A stretch of 64,000 bases of DNA from Gammaproteobacteria bacterium (GTDB lineage: Bacteria; Pseudomonadota; Gammaproteobacteria; JAGOUN01), in the NCBI GenBank assembly GCA_046290385.1, contig JBKAGM010000001.1, forward strand, positions 1,026 to 65,025, read 5' to 3'. Below the pieces are notes generated by a model. That model was not told the origin of the DNA. It did not search any database and worked only from the letters and a program-made list of their open reading frames with translations. Positions within the stretch are counted from its first letter, which is position 1. The number at the start of each line of letters is the position of its first letter. Of the stretch, positions 62,001 to 64,000 are shown in pieces. A program made the translations under genes and the position numbers.

Positions 62001-62307
62001 TATTGGTCCCTTCTTTAAAAACAACGGTTACCACTGACAAACCCGTTTTAGAAATGGATCGCACTTCTTCGACATCTGGCAATGAATACATCACAGCTTC
62101 AATGGGAAATGTAATGAGCTGCTCAACTTCCTTGGAAGCAAGTCCAGGCGCTTCCGTATTGACTTGCACTTGGACATTAGTAACGTCGGGGAATGCATCT
62201 AAATTTAACTTAGGTAATATCAACCAAGCACCAACGGCTAACGCCAACAGCGCTAGCACAACCAGCAACCGGTTTTTAACAGAAATATCAATCAAGCCAT
62301 TTAACAT
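59098..62307 (-). CDS. czcA: HME-family RND efflux pump inner-membrane subunit (CzcA/CusA/HelA-like)
   Basis: 1069 aa; 12-TM RND architecture; N-terminus MLNGLIDISVKNR...; His-rich insertion PDPNHDPKTHALESSDPHHSTANHHG. Confidence 0.9.
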   Translation of the reverse strand: MLNGLIDISVKNRLLVVLALLALAVGAWLILPKLNLDAFPDVTNVQVQVNTEAPGLASKEVEQLITFPIEAVMYSLPDVEEVRSISKTGLSVVTVVFKEGTNIYFAREQVFQQLQKAKEEIPDGVGTPEIGPNTSGLGQVFQYILTTDKPAQYDAMKLRSLNDWLVKLQLLPVGGVTDVLSFGGKVKQYQVQMNPQKLLSYKITAENVVHAIENNNRNSGGWYLDRGDEQLVIRGEGWLQSGNKGLREIANIPVKEEHGTVVRVKDVANVAFAPEIRQGAVSMMMRNNQGQPDDLGEVVTGIVLKRMGANTKATIDGIKERLPGIQQALPDGVKIKPVYDQADLVNKAVHTVVKALIEAFILILIVLFLFLLNIRATLLVLISVPISIAIALMVMAQWGISANLMSLGGLAIAIGMIVDGSVVMMENIFKHLSQPDPNHDPKTHALESSDPHHSTANHHGIALRIQEAAREIARPVFFAVLIIIVVFAPIFSLQGVEGKLFHPMAQSIVFAMIASLLVALIVIPALATYFFRRGLKHKGSFVFRPIDKSYRKILAKALAKPKTVIASALVLFIISLGLVPFLGTEFVPQLEEGTLNIRVTLAPSVNLTTALKVANNLEKRLMTFPEVTYVSSRVGRPELGGDPEPVSNVELYIGLKSISEWTSARTRTQLENLMEKKMNVFPGLLFSFSQPIATRVDELLSGVKAQLAIKLFGPNLKVLAEKGKAIEAIVKQVKGTKDVAMEQITGEPQLVIKPNREALMRYGISVGQVMSLVSNEIGGQTAGQVINGNERYDIYVRLAKKYRSTAEAIGNLMLQSANGSWVKLSNVANVEIESGPPQIRRDDVQRRVVIQANVEGRDMGSVVSDIKQQLQTKVKLPPGYTVTYGGQFKNQERAQARLMIVVPLSLALIFLLLYFAFQSVSKALLIMVNVPLALIGGIIGLFISGQYLSVPGSIGFIALFGIAVLNGVVLVNAINRNAKEGMEGYQAVYQGALSRLRPVLLTAIIAALGLIPMLLARGVGAEIQRPLATVVVGGLFSSTPLTLFVLPVLYRLFFTKKPQEEETTASLGD

Positions 62308-62325
62308 GTATCTTTCCCTTGCATA

Positions 62326-63483
62326 TTAATGGTTATGCGTACTAAACCCACCTTTGAGTGATTCAGAATGCACAAAGAAGGCACCTTTCGTCACAATACG
62401 AACACCGGGTTTGAGTCCTTTAATAACCCGCCACGGACCTATTTTTTTTGTGACTTGAACTTCTTGCGCCTGAAAATGATTCGGTTTTACTTCAATATAT
62501 ATAGCCTGATCCCCATCAGGTGTACGCATCAATGTGGTTTGGTGAACCGCTAACACCGGTTGGGTTTCGCCAGTTTGAATAAGGCAAGTAACAAATTCAC
62601 CCGGATGCAATTGATCTTTAGGGTTCGGTACATTTAATCGTACAACACGTGTTCTGGTGGTCTCATCAAGCTTATGATGAACCTGTAACACCTCAGCAGC
62701 TAATTCATGATGGGCAGTTTGAACAATAGCTTTTGCACCTTTTTCAATTTTTGCCGATTCACCATTTGATAATTTAGCATCGACCCAAAGACTTGTTTCA
62801 TCCACGATTTTATAAAGCGTATTACCCGGCTCAATCATCTGACCTTTTGTAAAATCTGCCGAAAAAATAGTCCCGCCACGTCGTGCTAATAATGTAAATT
62901 CTCCATTGGCTTTAGTGGGATCATCCGATTTAAGAAAGACTTCGATTTGTTGGCGTGTCATGCCATAAGCAAGCAACTTTGAATACGCTTGTTGATATGC
63001 AATTTCCGCTGTTTGATAACGTTTTGCGGATACCGCTTGCTTACCAAGCTGCTTAACTCGCAGCCATTCTTTTTGTGCAAGCAGGAGTTCTGCTTGTGCT
63101 TTAGCCATATCAACACTGGACAAACGTACTAGAGGCTGGCCTTGTTTAACATGGTCACCAATTTTAACTAAGCGCTGTATGACTTGAGCCTGAATTCGTG
63201 GCGTAACAATCGCCGTTAAATCTTTATTCGGAATGGCTTCACCCGGGGCACTGATATAAATAGGTAATGATTTGGCTTTCAAAATTTCTGTTTTAATTCC
63301 GGCGGCTTGCTGTCCTTCGGGACTAATTTCAATTAACCCTTCTTCTCCATGCTTATCTTTTTGTTGATTGGCAATGGTGGTTGGTGTTTTATTAGCAGAG
63401 TGCCCGTGCTCATCACCTGCATAAGCTGTCTGAATTGAAATGAGCAGTACACTCATTAATAAAAACCACCCATATTTCTTCAT
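62326..63483 (-). CDS. czcB: RND membrane-fusion (periplasmic adaptor) protein CzcB/HelB-like
   Basis: 385 aa; signal peptide; His-rich N-terminus (GDEHGHSANKT); MFP-family lipoyl and beta-barrel domains. Confidence 0.8.
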   Translation of the reverse strand: MKKYGWFLLMSVLLISIQTAYAGDEHGHSANKTPTTIANQQKDKHGEEGLIEISPEGQQAAGIKTEILKAKSLPIYISAPGEAIPNKDLTAIVTPRIQAQVIQRLVKIGDHVKQGQPLVRLSSVDMAKAQAELLLAQKEWLRVKQLGKQAVSAKRYQTAEIAYQQAYSKLLAYGMTRQQIEVFLKSDDPTKANGEFTLLARRGGTIFSADFTKGQMIEPGNTLYKIVDETSLWVDAKLSNGESAKIEKGAKAIVQTAHHELAAEVLQVHHKLDETTRTRVVRLNVPNPKDQLHPGEFVTCLIQTGETQPVLAVHQTTLMRTPDGDQAIYIEVKPNHFQAQEVQVTKKIGPWRVIKGLKPGVRIVTKGAFFVHSESLKGGFSTHNH

Positions 63484-63503
63484 GCGTTATCTCTCCATTT
63501 TCA

Positions 63504-64000
63504 TTAGGTCTTTGCAAGCCATGTATTCAGTTGGCCAGAGGCTTCCATCACTGAACACCACATTTGCCAAGCCTTACCATTTAATTCTTGGCCTGCAATT
63601 TGGCTATCAATGCGCTGCTTCAATTGCACTAAGTAATCTGTGGTACTCAGCTCACCAGCAGACCACAACCGATTCAATAGCTCAATACCTCCATCCAAAC
63701 TATGCTTAGAGGCGTGTTGCCAGCGATTCATGGCTACATATAAGATCCGATATCGTGATAAATCGCCTTGAAGTGCTGCTTTCACTTGTCGATACACATT
63801 CATCCGCATTTGCTCAACAGCAATCGCTTGATGATTGGCCGCGCGCACTTGATCTTGGAAATTATTGCGTATGAATAATGGAATACTTATGCTACCACCT
63901 ACCAGAGGCTCTTTATCTTCAGTCCCGCCACGTAGGCTAATGGTGGGATCAGGCTTTGCTTCGGTTCGTGCGACCCGAACGCTGGCTTGCGCGGTAGCAA
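63504..64000 (-). CDS. czcC: outer-membrane factor CzcC/HelC-like, partial (N-terminus lies beyond the window edge)
   Basis: the C-terminal part of a TolC-family OMF reads leftwards from the window end. Confidence 0.55.
   Translation of the reverse strand, partial: ATAQASVRVARTEAKPDPTISLRGGTEDKEPLVGGSISIPLFIRNNFQDQVRAANHQAIAVEQMRMNVYRQVKAALQGDLSRYRILYVAMNRWQHASKHSLDGGIELLNRLWSAGELSTTDYLVQLKQRIDSQIAGQELNGKAWQMWCSVMEASGQLNTWLAKT

Noticed and set aside
1-64000. CRISPR arrays, tRNA or rRNA genes
   Set aside because: I saw no regularly spaced direct repeats of 25-40 bp. I saw no cloverleaf-like GC-rich 75-90-nt segment in intergenic regions such as 49440-49840, and no rRNA-like conserved stretch.

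Overview
This window is a low-GC mosaic of accessory DNA from a gammaproteobacterium. Judged by eye it looks Legionella-like (the helCBA-like metal efflux operon, an lvh-like virB operon, an RRM protein and RdgC); this is inference, not computed. From left to right it contains: (1) a short run of housekeeping or stress genes (dps, an RRM RNA-binding protein, SDR, GNAT, MFS, rdgC, yggU). (2) A complete VirB-type type IV secretion operon, virB2-B3-B4-B5-B7-lipoprotein-B6-B8-B9-B10-B11, with translationally coupled overlaps and no virD4 or virB1 in the window. (3) A convergent minus-strand operon encoding an HAD phosphatase, a polytopic membrane domain fused to a P-loop kinase, a nucleotidyltransferase and a class II aldolase-like protein. 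(4) A small detox set (YjbQ, Ogt, ABM, AhpD-like), an orphan ATPase and a SulP permease. (5) An island marked by three IS6-family copies in different states of decay. They enclose a LuxR-family regulator and an 11-gene biosynthetic-type cluster: GH3 amide synthetase, alpha/beta hydrolase, MR/MLE enolase-superfamily enzyme, ALS-like TPP enzyme, ComB-family phosphatase, MATE exporter, SDR, xylose-isomerase-like TIM barrel, DXS-like transketolase and MFS exporter. I think this cluster is the most novel system in the window. (6) Two large hypothetical, effector-like proteins plus small ORFs. (7) Two HigB/HigA-type toxin-antitoxin pairs with clear sigma70 promoters (one with an operator palindrome and an apparently leaderless start) and an orphan HicB. 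(8) A Tn3-family transposon carrying tnpA, a DUF1016/PDDEXK protein and a tyrosine recombinase, bounded by ~90-bp inverted repeats and abutting a relic of an older tnpA. (9) A czcCBA/helCBA-type heavy-metal RND efflux operon that runs off the right edge. Most intergenic space is AT-rich. I found no CRISPR array, rRNA or tRNA.
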